Assembly: GCA_022842995.1 (NCBI GenBank)
Contig: JALHOM010000007.1
Span: forward strand, 78 to 64,077
Length of the DNA: 64,000 nt
Direction: 5' to 3'
Source: Candidatus Saccharimonadota bacterium
GTDB taxonomy: Bacteria; Patescibacteriota; Saccharimonadia; Saccharimonadales; 2-12-FULL-41-12
Of this stretch, positions 26,887 through 37,601 are shown piece by piece. The notes beneath the pieces are model-generated. The model was not told where the DNA came from. It ran no database searches and worked only from the letters and a program-made list of their open reading frames with translations. Made by a program: the position numbers and the translations under genes. Positions within the stretch are counted from its first letter, which is position 1, and each line of letters opens with the position of its first letter.

Positions 26887-29800
26887 TTACAGTTCAAGCA
26901 AGGCTTTTTCGAATTGGTTAATTCCTTGAATCGTGTTTGGATATTGATTGGTGTCCGGGAGTTCTAGTGATTGGATAATTTCCCAGACTTTGTTAACGAG
27001 CTTTTCGATATGGGCTTGTTTCTCGTCATCGAACTGTATATAAAGGGCGGGAGGAATTTGACCGTTTGCTAGGGGTTCTACAAATTCAAGGCGAGCTGAC
27101 TCGACTCGGTAACCTCGGTAAGTCGAAGATTTTTCTACCAGAATTTTATAAAGATAGAGCTGTTGCTCGTATTTTTTGGCCTTTAAGTCGCTATTTGTTT
27201 TCCAGGCAGAGATACTGGAGCCGGTTTTGTAATCAACGATAGTTATTGATTTATTTACTTCGTCGACTTCTAGTCGGTCGATTTTGCCACTGAGTCGTGC
27301 ATTCCCTATCACGACGCCTTCGTAGGCGAAATTAACTTCGGTTTTCGCAGGACCTTTAAACATTTCTTCCCGAGCTGTCAGATACGTGGAAATAGCAGTC
27401 GAGGCCTTCCGTTTGCACTCCTTCAGATCTTGCTCAGGAATGTAGCGTTGTTCTAGTTCTTTAGTGACGTACTTTATAGCACCGGCAACAGATTGGGGTG
27501 TGTTTTGGTTCATCTGATTCTGGAACCACTCTAGGGTGTTGTGTATGGCAGTTCCGTATTCTCCGCTTAAGGAAGGGGCTTGTGGAAAGCGAAGCAGCGT
27601 GCCGATAACGAAGCTATCCGGACCGCCGTAGATGAGGTCGACAAATGTGTTGAGGTGGGTCGGACTTAACTTATAGTTTTCTAGTCTGATCTTGAGCAGA
27701 TCTTTTAGCTGACAGACAAGCCTTACCTGTGATTCGTGCCACAGCAGTTCGGTGGCCTCTTGTTGCTGGGTTGATGACACCTTCGGGCTGGTTATTTTAT
27801 TATGGTCATCTGGCAAAATACCGTTTATGTCTTCGCTTTCGTTAAGATAACGCAGTGGAGTAATTTTCTTGCCCGATTCACTGGTTGCATACGACGACAA
27901 AACGAGCCCGATCTTTGCGCGAGTAACTGCTACGAACAGGAGTCGCTTTAGTTCGTCTTCGGAACTGCCACGATAGCGAATCCACTGTAGGTTTATCGGC
28001 AGCGAGAATTTATTGCTCTGGCTACGTGAGCTTTTGCCCCATATATCTTCGTGAAGGCTTATTAAAAAGACATACTTGAATTCAAGCCCCTTTGATTTAT
28101 AGGCGGTCATGAGTTGAACTGAATTGTCTGATTGCGAGATAGGATGCGTGTTTATTAAAGGTTGTTCTGCGGCTCGGTACATCTCGGCCAACTCAACGAA
28201 TTTATCGATGTTAAGCTTATCTTCTGAGCCGTTTTGGTAATCGCGTAATTTCGATCTGATGACACTTAAATGTGACACTGATTCGTAAAAGGCAAGCGTA
28301 TTCGAGCTCGCATTTTCAGCTCCGAAGTAAAAGGCTTTGAACGGAGATGCGAGTAAAGTGTTTTCATCTATCATTAGTTCACTAGACCCAGACAAATAAT
28401 CGAGCATAAGTTCCAGTGGCGTTGTGATGGCTAACAATCCAAGTTTCAGATAAAACAAGGTTGCTGTTTTTAATTCGGGCACCTCAAGAGCAATTTCGGC
28501 CCAGGTTCTGGGTTCTTCTTTTTTGGCTCGCTGCCAGTTCACTTGCCAAATTTTTTCGGTGGGTATCTGCCAATATTCTTGGGATAAGACTCGGGCGAAA
28601 AGTGCTTCGGAAGCGTGTTGATCGTTTTGTGACAATGCGATGATCAGTCGTGCTTGTTCGTATAATTGTTCGATTACTTTTGTTTCGAAGATATTTTCGC
28701 GTTTTTCGTAGGATACGGGAACGGACCGCTTAGTGATAAATGGTACGATTTGCTCTAAAAGCCGGTGTTTTGGCGACAATACAGCTATTTCTGAAGGCTC
28801 TACCCCGTCATTTATGAGGGATTCGATCTCTTGGGCTATCCAGGCGTATTCAGAAGCCTGAGAATCGAATAGATGTCGTTTTATGTATGCCTTTTTTGGT
28901 AGTACATCTGAAGCAGCTTCTAGAGTTTTATCGATATTTTCAAGAGAATGATGGAACCGATCTTCAATTTGTGCAGATATTTTATGAGCAGTGTCGATGA
29001 TAGCATGGTGCGATCGATAGTTTTTTGTGAGGTTGATTACAGCTACATTTCTGTATGAATCAATAAAATTCCTCATATTGCCTGTATCTGCGCCCTGGAA
29101 GGCGTAGATTGCTTGATCGTCATCTCCGACGGCCATGATGTTGGGTCGGCCCTCGTGGATAGGATGATTTGCTATAAGGTTGACGAGCTCGAATTGACTT
29201 GGGTTTGTATCCTGAAACTCATCAAGAAGGATATAATGGAATTTTTCTTGTAGGTTAAAACGTAGCTCATCGTTTGTTTTTATGGCTTCGATACTGCTGA
29301 GTATCATATCGTCGAAGTCGTATAGCCCGTGTTTCTTGAGTTGGTTTTGGTAAGCGGAATAGATGTCTGCAAAGGCGAGCAAGCGTTCGTGGTCTAAGGG
29401 GCGGGTGAACTCGAACTGATCGGATTCGTTTTTATATAGCCACTTGTTCTTCCACTTGGTGAGGCTTTTGGTGCTACTCGCTTCGTTTGCCTCCTCGAGT
29501 GCTTGGCCTAGCTCCTTAGATGCTTTGGTGCATAGATCTGACCTATGTTGAATCAAATGATCGAATATTTCACGGTATTGATCGATCGCATCTTGTTTTT
29601 TACGAGAAAAACTGCCACTTGAAATTACGTTTTGCAGGACATCACCAATTCTTTTTGATTCCTCAAGGTTGTTTTGCGCGATTTCTCGGGCGTCTTCAGG
29701 GCTAAGCAATGCCCGCTTGAACTCACTAATAGCACCGACGATGCTTTTGACATAATAGCGGGCACTCAGCATCGGATTATCGTAGGTTAGTCGCTCTAGA

Positions 29801-30201
29801 ATACTCTGGACAACCTGAACGGCGGTGAGTTCGTCTATCGGCCTTTCGAAGCGAATGTCTTGGTTTTTATCAACATAGATTTTCTGAAAGAATTCTGGGT
29901 AGCTTTTTATGATCTCACTGCCAAAGCTGTGGTAGGTACTGATACTTACTTTATGAGCTTCTTGGCCAATGATACTCTCCAGGCGCTGGCGCATGGCGAA
30001 GGCTCCTGATTCAGTAAAAGTCAGGCATAAAATATTTTCTGGGAGTGTGTCGGTTGCTTGAAGGATGTATGCTACGCGAGCACTGAGGAGCTGCGTCTTC
30101 CCTGTTCCTGGTCCGGCAATTACAAGCAGTGGTCCATCAATAGTCTGGACTGCCCTTTTCTGTTCGGGGTTCAAATTTTCTAGATAAGCGGTCTGCACCA
30201 C
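26887..30201 (-). CDS. UvrD/PcrA-family helicase fused to C-terminal PD-(D/E)XK (RecB-like) nuclease
   Basis: 1104 aa with Walker A VIAGPGTGKTQLL, motif II LLDEFQDTNPSQ, and the C-terminal nuclease-like GKIDRLEVDE...IVDYKTG. Confidence 0.85.
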   Translation of the reverse strand: MVQTAYLENLNPEQKRAVQTIDGPLLVIAGPGTGKTQLLSARVAYILQATDTLPENILCLTFTESGAFAMRQRLESIIGQEAHKVSISTYHSFGSEIIKSYPEFFQKIYVDKNQDIRFERPIDELTAVQVVQSILERLTYDNPMLSARYYVKSIVGAISEFKRALLSPEDAREIAQNNLEESKRIGDVLQNVISSGSFSRKKQDAIDQYREIFDHLIQHRSDLCTKASKELGQALEEANEASSTKSLTKWKNKWLYKNESDQFEFTRPLDHERLLAFADIYSAYQNQLKKHGLYDFDDMILSSIEAIKTNDELRFNLQEKFHYILLDEFQDTNPSQFELVNLIANHPIHEGRPNIMAVGDDDQAIYAFQGADTGNMRNFIDSYRNVAVINLTKNYRSHHAIIDTAHKISAQIEDRFHHSLENIDKTLEAASDVLPKKAYIKRHLFDSQASEYAWIAQEIESLINDGVEPSEIAVLSPKHRLLEQIVPFITKRSVPVSYEKRENIFETKVIEQLYEQARLIIALSQNDQHASEALFARVLSQEYWQIPTEKIWQVNWQRAKKEEPRTWAEIALEVPELKTATLFYLKLGLLAITTPLELMLDYLSGSSELMIDENTLLASPFKAFYFGAENASSNTLAFYESVSHLSVIRSKLRDYQNGSEDKLNIDKFVELAEMYRAAEQPLINTHPISQSDNSVQLMTAYKSKGLEFKYVFLISLHEDIWGKSSRSQSNKFSLPINLQWIRYRGSSEDELKRLLFVAVTRAKIGLVLSSYATSESGKKITPLRYLNESEDINGILPDDHNKITSPKVSSTQQQEATELLWHESQVRLVCQLKDLLKIRLENYKLSPTHLNTFVDLIYGGPDSFVIGTLLRFPQAPSLSGEYGTAIHNTLEWFQNQMNQNTPQSVAGAIKYVTKELEQRYIPEQDLKECKRKASTAISTYLTAREEMFKGPAKTEVNFAYEGVVIGNARLSGKIDRLEVDEVNKSITIVDYKTGSSISAWKTNSDLKAKKYEQQLYLYKILVEKSSTYRGYRVESARLEFVEPLANGQIPPALYIQFDDEKQAHIEKLVNKVWEIIQSLELPDTNQYPNTIQGINQFEKALLEL

Positions 30202-30280
30202 TATATTCTATAGGAATTTACGAGGTAATTCTTATAAACCTTAATAATTTTTACCGGTCGATTATGATATTGGATTTTTG

Positions 30281-31060
30281 TTATTGTACCCGAGGGTCAA
30301 TTTTGTTGAAATTTGGGCTATTCCCGTAGCTTGATACAGCATTAGAGCTGTACATTACTGGAGCTAGTGCTAGATAGTCGCTGTATCTACTTCTGTCGCC
30401 ATCGATATACCTTCTCATTGGTAGCCAGTGATCAATACTAGCCTCCCATGGTCCAGTTCCGTATTCATTGATAGCCCAGACTGCCAGATATGCATTTGTG
30501 CGTGGGTTGTGTAAGTTAGCGTCGATTTTGACCATTTTGGCTTTCGGATTTCGCTTTTTCTCAGCCCTGTGCTTACGCACAGCCATCGTTCTTAGACCTG
30601 TAGACCAAGCTCTGACGTTATACGTGCCAATCTGAAATAGGCCTTTATGACGGCCTGTTTCGTAGTCGTTCTCTGTTGGAATAAGTCGACTTTCGCTAAC
30701 GGCCATTCGGACCGTTCCTAGCGGGTTTTTGTTGGCAAATTTTGAAGCTTCTTCAATGGCTTGCAAAGAGCCGAGTAATTCTCTGCCACGGTTACGGGCG
30801 CTACACTCGGAAACCGAAATTTTACCCGTCCAGATGGCGCCGTGCTTTAGATAAAAACTTACTTTTTCTGCACAAGTTTCTCCGCTGGGTTCAGGCAGGA
30901 CGGGTGCAGGCTCGGGGCGAGTTAAGGCGCCGTTTGCAGTGGCGGGCGCTATATTTAATGCTGTAGCTAATGCCATACAGGCCGCAACTTTAATCATTGG
31001 CCCTGGAAGACTGTTTCGTAATTGGTTATGGCGTAATCTAATAGGATTCTCCTTCTGCAT
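30281..31060 (-). CDS. Secreted lytic transglycosylase (SLT domain)
   Basis: 259 aa with a signal/anchor segment (MIKVAACMALATALNIAPATA) and SLT motifs AVSESRLIP and GLFQIG. Confidence 0.65.
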   Translation of the reverse strand: MQKENPIRLRHNQLRNSLPGPMIKVAACMALATALNIAPATANGALTRPEPAPVLPEPSGETCAEKVSFYLKHGAIWTGKISVSECSARNRGRELLGSLQAIEEASKFANKNPLGTVRMAVSESRLIPTENDYETGRHKGLFQIGTYNVRAWSTGLRTMAVRKHRAEKKRNPKAKMVKIDANLHNPRTNAYLAVWAINEYGTGPWEASIDHWLPMRRYIDGDRSRYSDYLALAPVMYSSNAVSSYGNSPNFNKIDPRVQ

Positions 31061-31266
31061 GCAAAGTTAATGGAGTCCGGCGAACTGAGTATATTTCGCA
31101 GTGCACAAATAATAATTGTTTAACTGTGTAGAGTCGTAATCACGCGCCTTTTTATGCTGGCAGCTAAGGCGAATATTTACCGCACTACTTGTCTTTTGTC
31201 GTTCGGACAATTTTTATTATAACAGATTGATCGTCTCGATGGCTCTACTTTCAGTGCCGAGCCAAA

Positions 31267-32511
31267 TTAGACGAGAGCCAATTCTTCGTCGCTCAGAAAC
31301 TTTTTGGCGAGGTCTATGAAGACCGCATTAGTCCAAGCGAAGCCCGTTTGATGAGGATACACTCCTTTTTGAGGAGGGTCATTAGGGCTAACGACATTGT
31401 AGGTCTCTCGGAAAGCTCCATAGTTTTTATAATATTCCAAGCAGGTTTTGAGCCAGCGTCTTGCTATGTTTTCGGCCTCAGATTGATAACCGTAGCGGAC
31501 TAGTCCTTCGCAAACTATGTAATGCAGGGGAGCCCATCCATTAGGGTAGGCCCACTGCCATGATATATCGCGTTGGTCTTCGTGGGGTCCAGACGATGTT
31601 GTCGAAAGTCCGCCTTCATAAAGAAATTTTTGAAGATTTTCGACCAAGTATTTTGCTTGATCTTGATCGGCAATCCCGAGCCACATTGTGTAATATGCTG
31701 CCAATGACCAGACAATTGAGTGTTTACCATTTTTGAAATTTAGGTCGAAGTAAAAGCCGGTATCGTTGTCCCATAATTCGTCGTACATGGTTTGTTTACG
31801 TAATGATGCTCGTTCAAGCCAAACTTCCGCGGTATCTTCTTGACCAAAGATTTTGTAGGCGCGTGCAAAGTCGGTTTCGTATTTGTATAGTAACGAATTT
31901 AAATCTACGGCGACATGATCGAGGATTTTTCCTGCAAATCTGGTTGTCATGTCCCAGCCTGATTCCGTCTCTGCTAGATCGTGCAAGTAGTCAATTTGAT
32001 AGTTTCGACTTAATCCTTTGTGAACATTTCGTACGTTAGGTTGTTCGTTGGCAGTCCAGACGATCCGATATTCTTTTTCAGCTACAGCTATACGTTCTCT
32101 TAGCCACTCATCGGACTTTTCAATTTGATCGTAGACCTCGAAAATATAACTCGTTAATATCGGCGGCTGAGATCTGCTTGTTTGATAAAATCTGCTGGTG
32201 TTCGGGATTATGTCAAAGCGTTTAGCGAGGTGAATTAAATTTTCAAGCATTCCTTCTGCCAGATCATTGTATCCTGCCTGGAGTAAAGCGATCGCAACAA
32301 AATAACTGTCCCAATAATACATTTCTCTCATCACGAAGCCTTCGCCTTCTTCGCTCGGAACGATAAAAGGATGAGGTAAGCCGATGAGCGTTCCTTTATC
32401 TTCCTTTTGGTCGACTGTTAATCGTGGCCAAACTTCTTCGATGTGTGCAAAGGCCTCAGCGATTTCTTTGGCATTAAATATAACCTTTTGAGATAACTGA
32501 TCTTCAAGCAT
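31267..32511 (-). CDS. Alpha,alpha-trehalase (GH37)
   Basis: 414 aa. Both GH37 signatures are present: MREMYYWDSYF (signature 1-like) and QWAYPNGWAPLH (signature 2). QPPILTSY, WDMTTRF and DLNSLLY are also present. Confidence 0.9.
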   Translation of the reverse strand: MLEDQLSQKVIFNAKEIAEAFAHIEEVWPRLTVDQKEDKGTLIGLPHPFIVPSEEGEGFVMREMYYWDSYFVAIALLQAGYNDLAEGMLENLIHLAKRFDIIPNTSRFYQTSRSQPPILTSYIFEVYDQIEKSDEWLRERIAVAEKEYRIVWTANEQPNVRNVHKGLSRNYQIDYLHDLAETESGWDMTTRFAGKILDHVAVDLNSLLYKYETDFARAYKIFGQEDTAEVWLERASLRKQTMYDELWDNDTGFYFDLNFKNGKHSIVWSLAAYYTMWLGIADQDQAKYLVENLQKFLYEGGLSTTSSGPHEDQRDISWQWAYPNGWAPLHYIVCEGLVRYGYQSEAENIARRWLKTCLEYYKNYGAFRETYNVVSPNDPPQKGVYPHQTGFAWTNAVFIDLAKKFLSDEELALV

Positions 32512-32564
32512 TACCCTATTCTAACGGCCGGTTTACTATAAAATCAAACTTGAAATAAATTTAA

Positions 32565-33161
32565 TTAATGCTTTGTGCGCACCAGTGCCCACAAAAGCCA
32601 CCCAAAAATGAGCAGTAACGCCGCATAGAATCCGATTTCTCCGTAGAGCTGAATTTTGTAGCCCTCGTTGAAGTTGATAACAAAATAAGCTACCGCGGTT
32701 GTTGTGTATATTATCGCACTCGCCGCTGCGACCACCATTATCATACCTAGTCGTTTTACTGCCGCCGCTACTATTATCGGAAGGACAAATAGGACCAGTG
32801 CTTTACTGGACATGCCTCGCTGGGTGTAGACGCTAAACGCTGCAAATACCAAATCGACAGCTATTAATAACCAGGCCAGATTTCTGATTACTGTCCGCGT
32901 GTTGTTGAGGCGAGCCAGATACCAGCAGACTATTGCTGCTAGAATGAAAAATCCAGTGAAGATCCACCGCTTCAAGACCATCTCTGGTGTTATAAGTTTG
33001 GCTGCATCGTAAGCGACGATTTGAGCGACGAGGAATAAGCCAATTAAAATATGCATTTTGGAAACCCGAATAAGCGTTGATCTTTCGCCATTCTTGGTGG
33101 TGGCTATTTTTGATTTTGGCATTCTGAAGTAAATATAACCACAAGCATTTAGTAAATGCAA
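32565..33161 (-). CDS. Hypothetical polytopic membrane protein
   Basis: 198 aa with about 5 hydrophobic helices. The start is uncertain (in-frame ATGs at 33161, 33122 and 33056). Confidence 0.55.
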   Translation of the reverse strand: MHLLNACGYIYFRMPKSKIATTKNGERSTLIRVSKMHILIGLFLVAQIVAYDAAKLITPEMVLKRWIFTGFFILAAIVCWYLARLNNTRTVIRNLAWLLIAVDLVFAAFSVYTQRGMSSKALVLFVLPIIVAAAVKRLGMIMVVAAASAIIYTTTAVAYFVINFNEGYKIQLYGEIGFYAALLLIFGWLLWALVRTKH

Positions 33162-33295
33162 CTATGTAAATCCGTGCGTACGAACGTTGAGGCAGTGGAG
33201 TTTCTTAGTGGATGGCCTTTTTTCTCATGGCGAAAAACTGAGTGTGCGACGTGGGCTATTTTGCGCTTGAGGCTTCCACGATGATCGACTTTTTT

Positions 33296-33331
33296 ACCCT
33301 AAAATTGTGACGATCGTCACAATTTTAGGGT
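33296..33331. promoter_or_regulatory. Perfect 36-bp palindrome, copy 3 of the CGATCG-centred motif
   Basis: The sequence accctaaaattgtgacgatcgtcacaattttagggt is its own reverse complement. It lies 135 bp upstream of the membrane-protein gene at 32565..33161. Confidence 0.8.
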
Positions 33332-33430
33332 GAAAACTTGTCTATGTAATGTTTATTAAATTCTACAAATAAATGATATTGATCGTTTCTTTTTAAGTGT
33401 GAGTAAGAGGCTTGTTGTTGGAGGTCTGCA

Positions 33431-34291
33431 CTATTCGGTTAGGGCGTCTTTGCCGACCCAGACGTATTCCCATGACTCTGGTTCGGGTCCCTGTTTGCCG
33501 GCGCCTTCAGGGTAGCTCGGTATATAACCGTAGGTTTTTGCGTTCCTATAGTTATCTGCGCTGAGCCAGTCAAAACAGACCGTGTTTTCGAATGCAATAG
33601 CCGGTTGATTTTGGCAACCGATATCTATTGTGTACCCCGTGTGATGTCGGGAGTATCCAGGGATAGCAGTCATGGACAAGACTTGGTTTATCTGCGCGTC
33701 ATAAGTGCCTCCGGCAATAGCTGGATAATTAGAGACATTGATACCGAGTCGTTCAATAAAGATCTGGCGTTGTTCGTCCGCGGATCTATAGGCAGCGGTA
33801 AGATCTAAATTAATTCCATCTTTTTTTGCGGCGGCTTGCATGTCTAGCCACGGGCTGGCTGCACGTTCTTGTAGTTGCATGTCTTTCTGTACTGTTTTAA
33901 AGACGTTACTCACTGGTGCGCTACGTCGCACATAACCTCGTTTTTCGGCCAATTCTTGGATATGAGCATCGACTTCCCCGTTTTCGGTAATCACGGTATC
34001 GTCGGCAATGTATTCGGTGTTCGGATAGGCAAAATTATTGTATAAATTTCTGAATTGTTCTCCGGTGAAGGTTTTAAGAATCCCCTTTTTGGACGGTTCT
34101 GCAGGTAGGTTCTGACTCACGACGACGTCTTGTTGGGCTGGCGTCGGTTCGGTGTCTTTGTCAACGAAAAAAAGATATCCAAAAATTCCTGCCGAAACCA
34201 AGATTGCAGTCAAAATACCAAATAACAAATATGGTTTATTTTTCTTGGATTTTTTATGACCCTTTGGCTTGTGTTTGGCGGCCTCTGCCAC
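33431..34291 (-). CDS. Peptidase M15B (VanY-like D-Ala-D-Ala carboxypeptidase), membrane-anchored
   Basis: 286 aa with an N-terminal TM segment, AAYRSADEQ, the metal-binding SRHHTGYTIDI, and ESWEYVWVG. Confidence 0.8.
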   Translation of the reverse strand: MAEAAKHKPKGHKKSKKNKPYLLFGILTAILVSAGIFGYLFFVDKDTEPTPAQQDVVVSQNLPAEPSKKGILKTFTGEQFRNLYNNFAYPNTEYIADDTVITENGEVDAHIQELAEKRGYVRRSAPVSNVFKTVQKDMQLQERAASPWLDMQAAAKKDGINLDLTAAYRSADEQRQIFIERLGINVSNYPAIAGGTYDAQINQVLSMTAIPGYSRHHTGYTIDIGCQNQPAIAFENTVCFDWLSADNYRNAKTYGYIPSYPEGAGKQGPEPESWEYVWVGKDALTE

Positions 34292-34398
34292 GACTGGTAC
34301 GTCCCTCTCTCGTCTGATTTTTTAACGCAAAATTTACTAGCATTATGACACGGATGCACCGATTCTGAGAATACGCTTTTGGTATACTATGCTTACAG

Positions 34399-35376
34399 AT
34401 GTGGAACAGAAAACAGCGCCCAGTGCGCTACTACAACGCTTACGCTCCCGAAAAGTCTCGACCGGTAACTTTACGACATCTGAGACCTGCTAATCATGCA
34501 TCAATCAATAAGCCATCTTCTGTTAAAAAATTTAGTCTCATCGCTGTAATATTATTGATGCTCGGCGTAGTGGGGACAGTTCTATTCAAGGTCTATTTTT
34601 CTCCAGATACGCCACAAAGTAACTCGGATGCTAAGGTTGAAGTAGTGCCAAAAAAAGAATATAAGCCGATTAACGAGACCCAGCTCCAGACTGATGTTGC
34701 CTCGGTCATTGCAGAAAACTCGAGTCTGGACATTGGGGTGTCAATTATCGACATACGGACTAACAAGCAATATACCTACGGTGTCGATGTTCCATATATT
34801 GCAGCCAGTGTCGGGAAGATATTGTCGGCTTGTTTGCTTCTTCATGAAGTCGAATCAGGTAAATACACACTAGAACAGCAAATTGGAAACGAATCTGCGC
34901 GCGTCCAGATCCAAAAGATGATAAGTAAAAGCGATAACGAATCCTGGCGTGCAATTAATAATGATTTGGGCCGTCCGGCCCTGCAGGCGTATGCGGCTAG
35001 TGTTGGTGTCCAGAACTATGACGCCGATAAAAATACGGTCACTCCTAGTAGCGTCGCCTCTTTATTGAATAAGCTGTATGCGCATCAGCTGCTGAATCAT
35101 GACAATACCTCTTTTTTGCTGGCCAATATGCAGACTGACCTAGAAGAGATTCAGTTTATTCGTAAATATATTGATCCGATGACGTCGGTTTATCACAAAG
35201 CAGGCTGGCTTGATGATCGGGCTCACGACACCGCGATTGTTGAAAATGGAGATAGGCCGTATGTCCTTGTTGTGTTTAGCAAGAAACGATTCGGTGACTA
35301 TGATTTTTCTGTAGGTCAAAAGATTTTTGAAGAGTTAACCACTAGAACCAACGGAATTTTTGTGGCGGCTTTATAG
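34399..35376 (+). CDS. Class A beta-lactamase-like serine hydrolase, membrane-anchored
   Basis: 325 aa with all three class A motifs: SxxK (AASVGKIL), SDN (SKSDNESW), and a KTG-like HKAGW. Confidence 0.75.
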   Translation: MWNRKQRPVRYYNAYAPEKSRPVTLRHLRPANHASINKPSSVKKFSLIAVILLMLGVVGTVLFKVYFSPDTPQSNSDAKVEVVPKKEYKPINETQLQTDVASVIAENSSLDIGVSIIDIRTNKQYTYGVDVPYIAASVGKILSACLLLHEVESGKYTLEQQIGNESARVQIQKMISKSDNESWRAINNDLGRPALQAYAASVGVQNYDADKNTVTPSSVASLLNKLYAHQLLNHDNTSFLLANMQTDLEEIQFIRKYIDPMTSVYHKAGWLDDRAHDTAIVENGDRPYVLVVFSKKRFGDYDFSVGQKIFEELTTRTNGIFVAAL

Positions 35377-35472
35377 GTCAAAAATGAAGTAAAACTTTCA
35401 TTAAATTGATATAATCATTAGAGGATTATGCAGTCTTTAATGTGAGACGGTGGAGTCACGTAGGCATATTTT

Positions 35473-37377
35473 GTGAAAAACAATAACGATTTCGACGGCA
35501 ACATTGAGAATGGCTCATCTGGTGAGCTGATTATTGATCATGGTAACAAGTCAAAAGGGAAAAGTGCTAGTAAGTCCGCCTCTGGCTCAACAAAGTCATT
35601 GCAAGTATCGCCATCGCCTCCGAAAGAAAAAACGAGGTCCCCAGTTGAAGAAATCCCTGCATTGATCTATGAAAAGCCTGGAGTTGCCAAGAAGGACCCG
35701 CCACAAGATAGCCCTTCCCAGCCAATTGCATCTGAGGCAAGGAATCCGTCTTTTGAGGATGGTGACGACCAACGGCTACAAACTCCGCCTAATCGCCCGG
35801 TCAACCGTCAAGTTTATTCAGACGACGAGCCTCCTTTGAAAGATATTTTTGATCCATCGCCTAATAATATTGTCGCTGACGATCAAGCATTGGTCCCGGG
35901 TGGGTTTATGAGTGGCGTTCCCAACCCGCAGGCCTTCTTTAAAAGCCGCTACCGTTCACACCCCCAGTCTTCTGTGAGCACTAGTCAAGCCAACGGTCCG
36001 ATTGCTCAGCCCGTAGCCCAAAAGGCTCAGATACTTGCCGGTGCTTCTCCTCAAAGTTTTGCGCCAATTCCACCTCGACGAGGATTATTTAAGTCTCGGT
36101 TGCCTTTTCGGATAAATTTCATAAGTTTAGTTGCTGCTACATCAGTGGCTGGCTTATTGATTATTGTTCTCGTCGTTGCGGGCAATAGACCTGAGCGCGT
36201 CTATGGCAATGGCATGACCCGCACAGGCAAGGCTTTGGATAAGTTGCATGAAGAAATTTTTGCTGCTGAAGGCGGCGCGCGTCTTGTGAATTCAGCGCTT
36301 AGTGGGTCAATTACGACGAAGTATCCCGGTGAAGAAACGGTATCGACTTTTGAAGGCTCGTTGTCGGAGGGGCTGGTCACGATCAATGGCGAAGGTTCTG
36401 TTGTGCAAGCCGGCCAGCAAAAAGCCATTAATTATAGCCTGAGGACGAGTAATGGCTCAACTCCATTAACTCCTGAAATATTTATTAACATTGGACCGAC
36501 AGCAACTCAGTCGGCTGAATTTGTGGCTCCGGGCATTAGTACTCGTCCAAATACATGGATCGCGAGCGACGAAGCCACTACGAAGGCAGTTATAGATAGG
36601 TTCTCGGGTACGCTAAGTGGATTATTCCCGCAGGGAGTGTTGGGCGCAGAAAGAGTAGAGCCAAATTATCAAACATTCAGGTCGGACGCAGTTTACGGCG
36701 GCACCAAAGCGATTATAGAAAGTCTCAGAAAATTTGTATTTACTGCAAAAGACGAAGGAATATTAGAGTACCGCGAATTCGTTGGTCAAGAAAACGATGA
36801 GGATCTCGCCCTCAATCATTACTCGACCGCTGTAAATAAAGTAGCCTATAAAGACTTTTGTGTTGACATGAAGCAACGACTAGGATCCGAGCAATTGATG
36901 ATCGCAAGTTTGGTTGGCGTTACTCCTGCTTCTCTCGACGACGCATCAAGTTGCGATAGTGCAGCTGACGCCATAACTGATGACACTGTTATCGATATTT
37001 GGATTGATACTGAGCAAAAAGTTCTTCAGAAGATGAGAGTATATTATTCTCCGGACCTTACGTCTTATAGAGAGTTTGGTCAAGTCACAAAAGTCGATAA
37101 ATCAGTGGAATTTTATTTCACCGATAAAGATACTGCGAATGGTCTGGATGCGAGAGCAACATTGTGGTATGAGTTCAACACATCAAAACTAGGCGTAGGC
37201 TATACCCAAAGTCTTCAAGAGGCTGACAGCTTCAAAGAAATCTCTCTGAAGTTGGACTTTATGCCAGGTGAAAATGCAAGTTTAGATAATTCAAAGCCTA
37301 TCGAAACAGTGCCACTAAATCAATTCCTGAATGCACAGGGTAAGACCCCGGCTGATCTCTTAAGGCACAAGAGATAG
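35473..37377 (+). CDS. Large surface protein: Pro/Ser-rich N-terminus, single TM, extracellular domain (paralogue of 47645..49570)
   Basis: 634 aa with TM segment LVAATSVAGLLIIVLVVAG. The post-TM block NRPERVYGNGMTRTGKALDKL resembles NKPENVWSTSLDRSGKALEKV in the 47645 protein. Confidence 0.65.
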   Translation: MKNNNDFDGNIENGSSGELIIDHGNKSKGKSASKSASGSTKSLQVSPSPPKEKTRSPVEEIPALIYEKPGVAKKDPPQDSPSQPIASEARNPSFEDGDDQRLQTPPNRPVNRQVYSDDEPPLKDIFDPSPNNIVADDQALVPGGFMSGVPNPQAFFKSRYRSHPQSSVSTSQANGPIAQPVAQKAQILAGASPQSFAPIPPRRGLFKSRLPFRINFISLVAATSVAGLLIIVLVVAGNRPERVYGNGMTRTGKALDKLHEEIFAAEGGARLVNSALSGSITTKYPGEETVSTFEGSLSEGLVTINGEGSVVQAGQQKAINYSLRTSNGSTPLTPEIFINIGPTATQSAEFVAPGISTRPNTWIASDEATTKAVIDRFSGTLSGLFPQGVLGAERVEPNYQTFRSDAVYGGTKAIIESLRKFVFTAKDEGILEYREFVGQENDEDLALNHYSTAVNKVAYKDFCVDMKQRLGSEQLMIASLVGVTPASLDDASSCDSAADAITDDTVIDIWIDTEQKVLQKMRVYYSPDLTSYREFGQVTKVDKSVEFYFTDKDTANGLDARATLWYEFNTSKLGVGYTQSLQEADSFKEISLKLDFMPGENASLDNSKPIETVPLNQFLNAQGKTPADLLRHKR

Positions 37378-37398
37378 AACTTAAAGCCTTATATCTTG

Positions 37399-37427
37399 TT
37401 GACTTAAGCATTATCAAGTGATATTAT
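37399..37427 (+). promoter_or_regulatory. Putative sigma70-type promoter TTGACT-17-TATTAT with ~170-nt leader for the DEAD-box helicase gene
   Basis: TTGACT at 37399-37404, a 17-nt spacer, and TATTAT at 37422-37427. Confidence 0.4.
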
Positions 37428-37601
37428 ATAGGCAATTGTTATTGATGAATCATTTTAAGAATGTTCGTTAACGTGCGTAGGTTTTTAATTTCATTGGCAA
37501 CAATTTCGCTCTTAATAGGTATATCAGCATAGATTGCCGTGAGCGTAGCCCATGTGAATGGCCTATATCACAACTAAACATTTTTAAAGGATTCATTTTT
37601 T

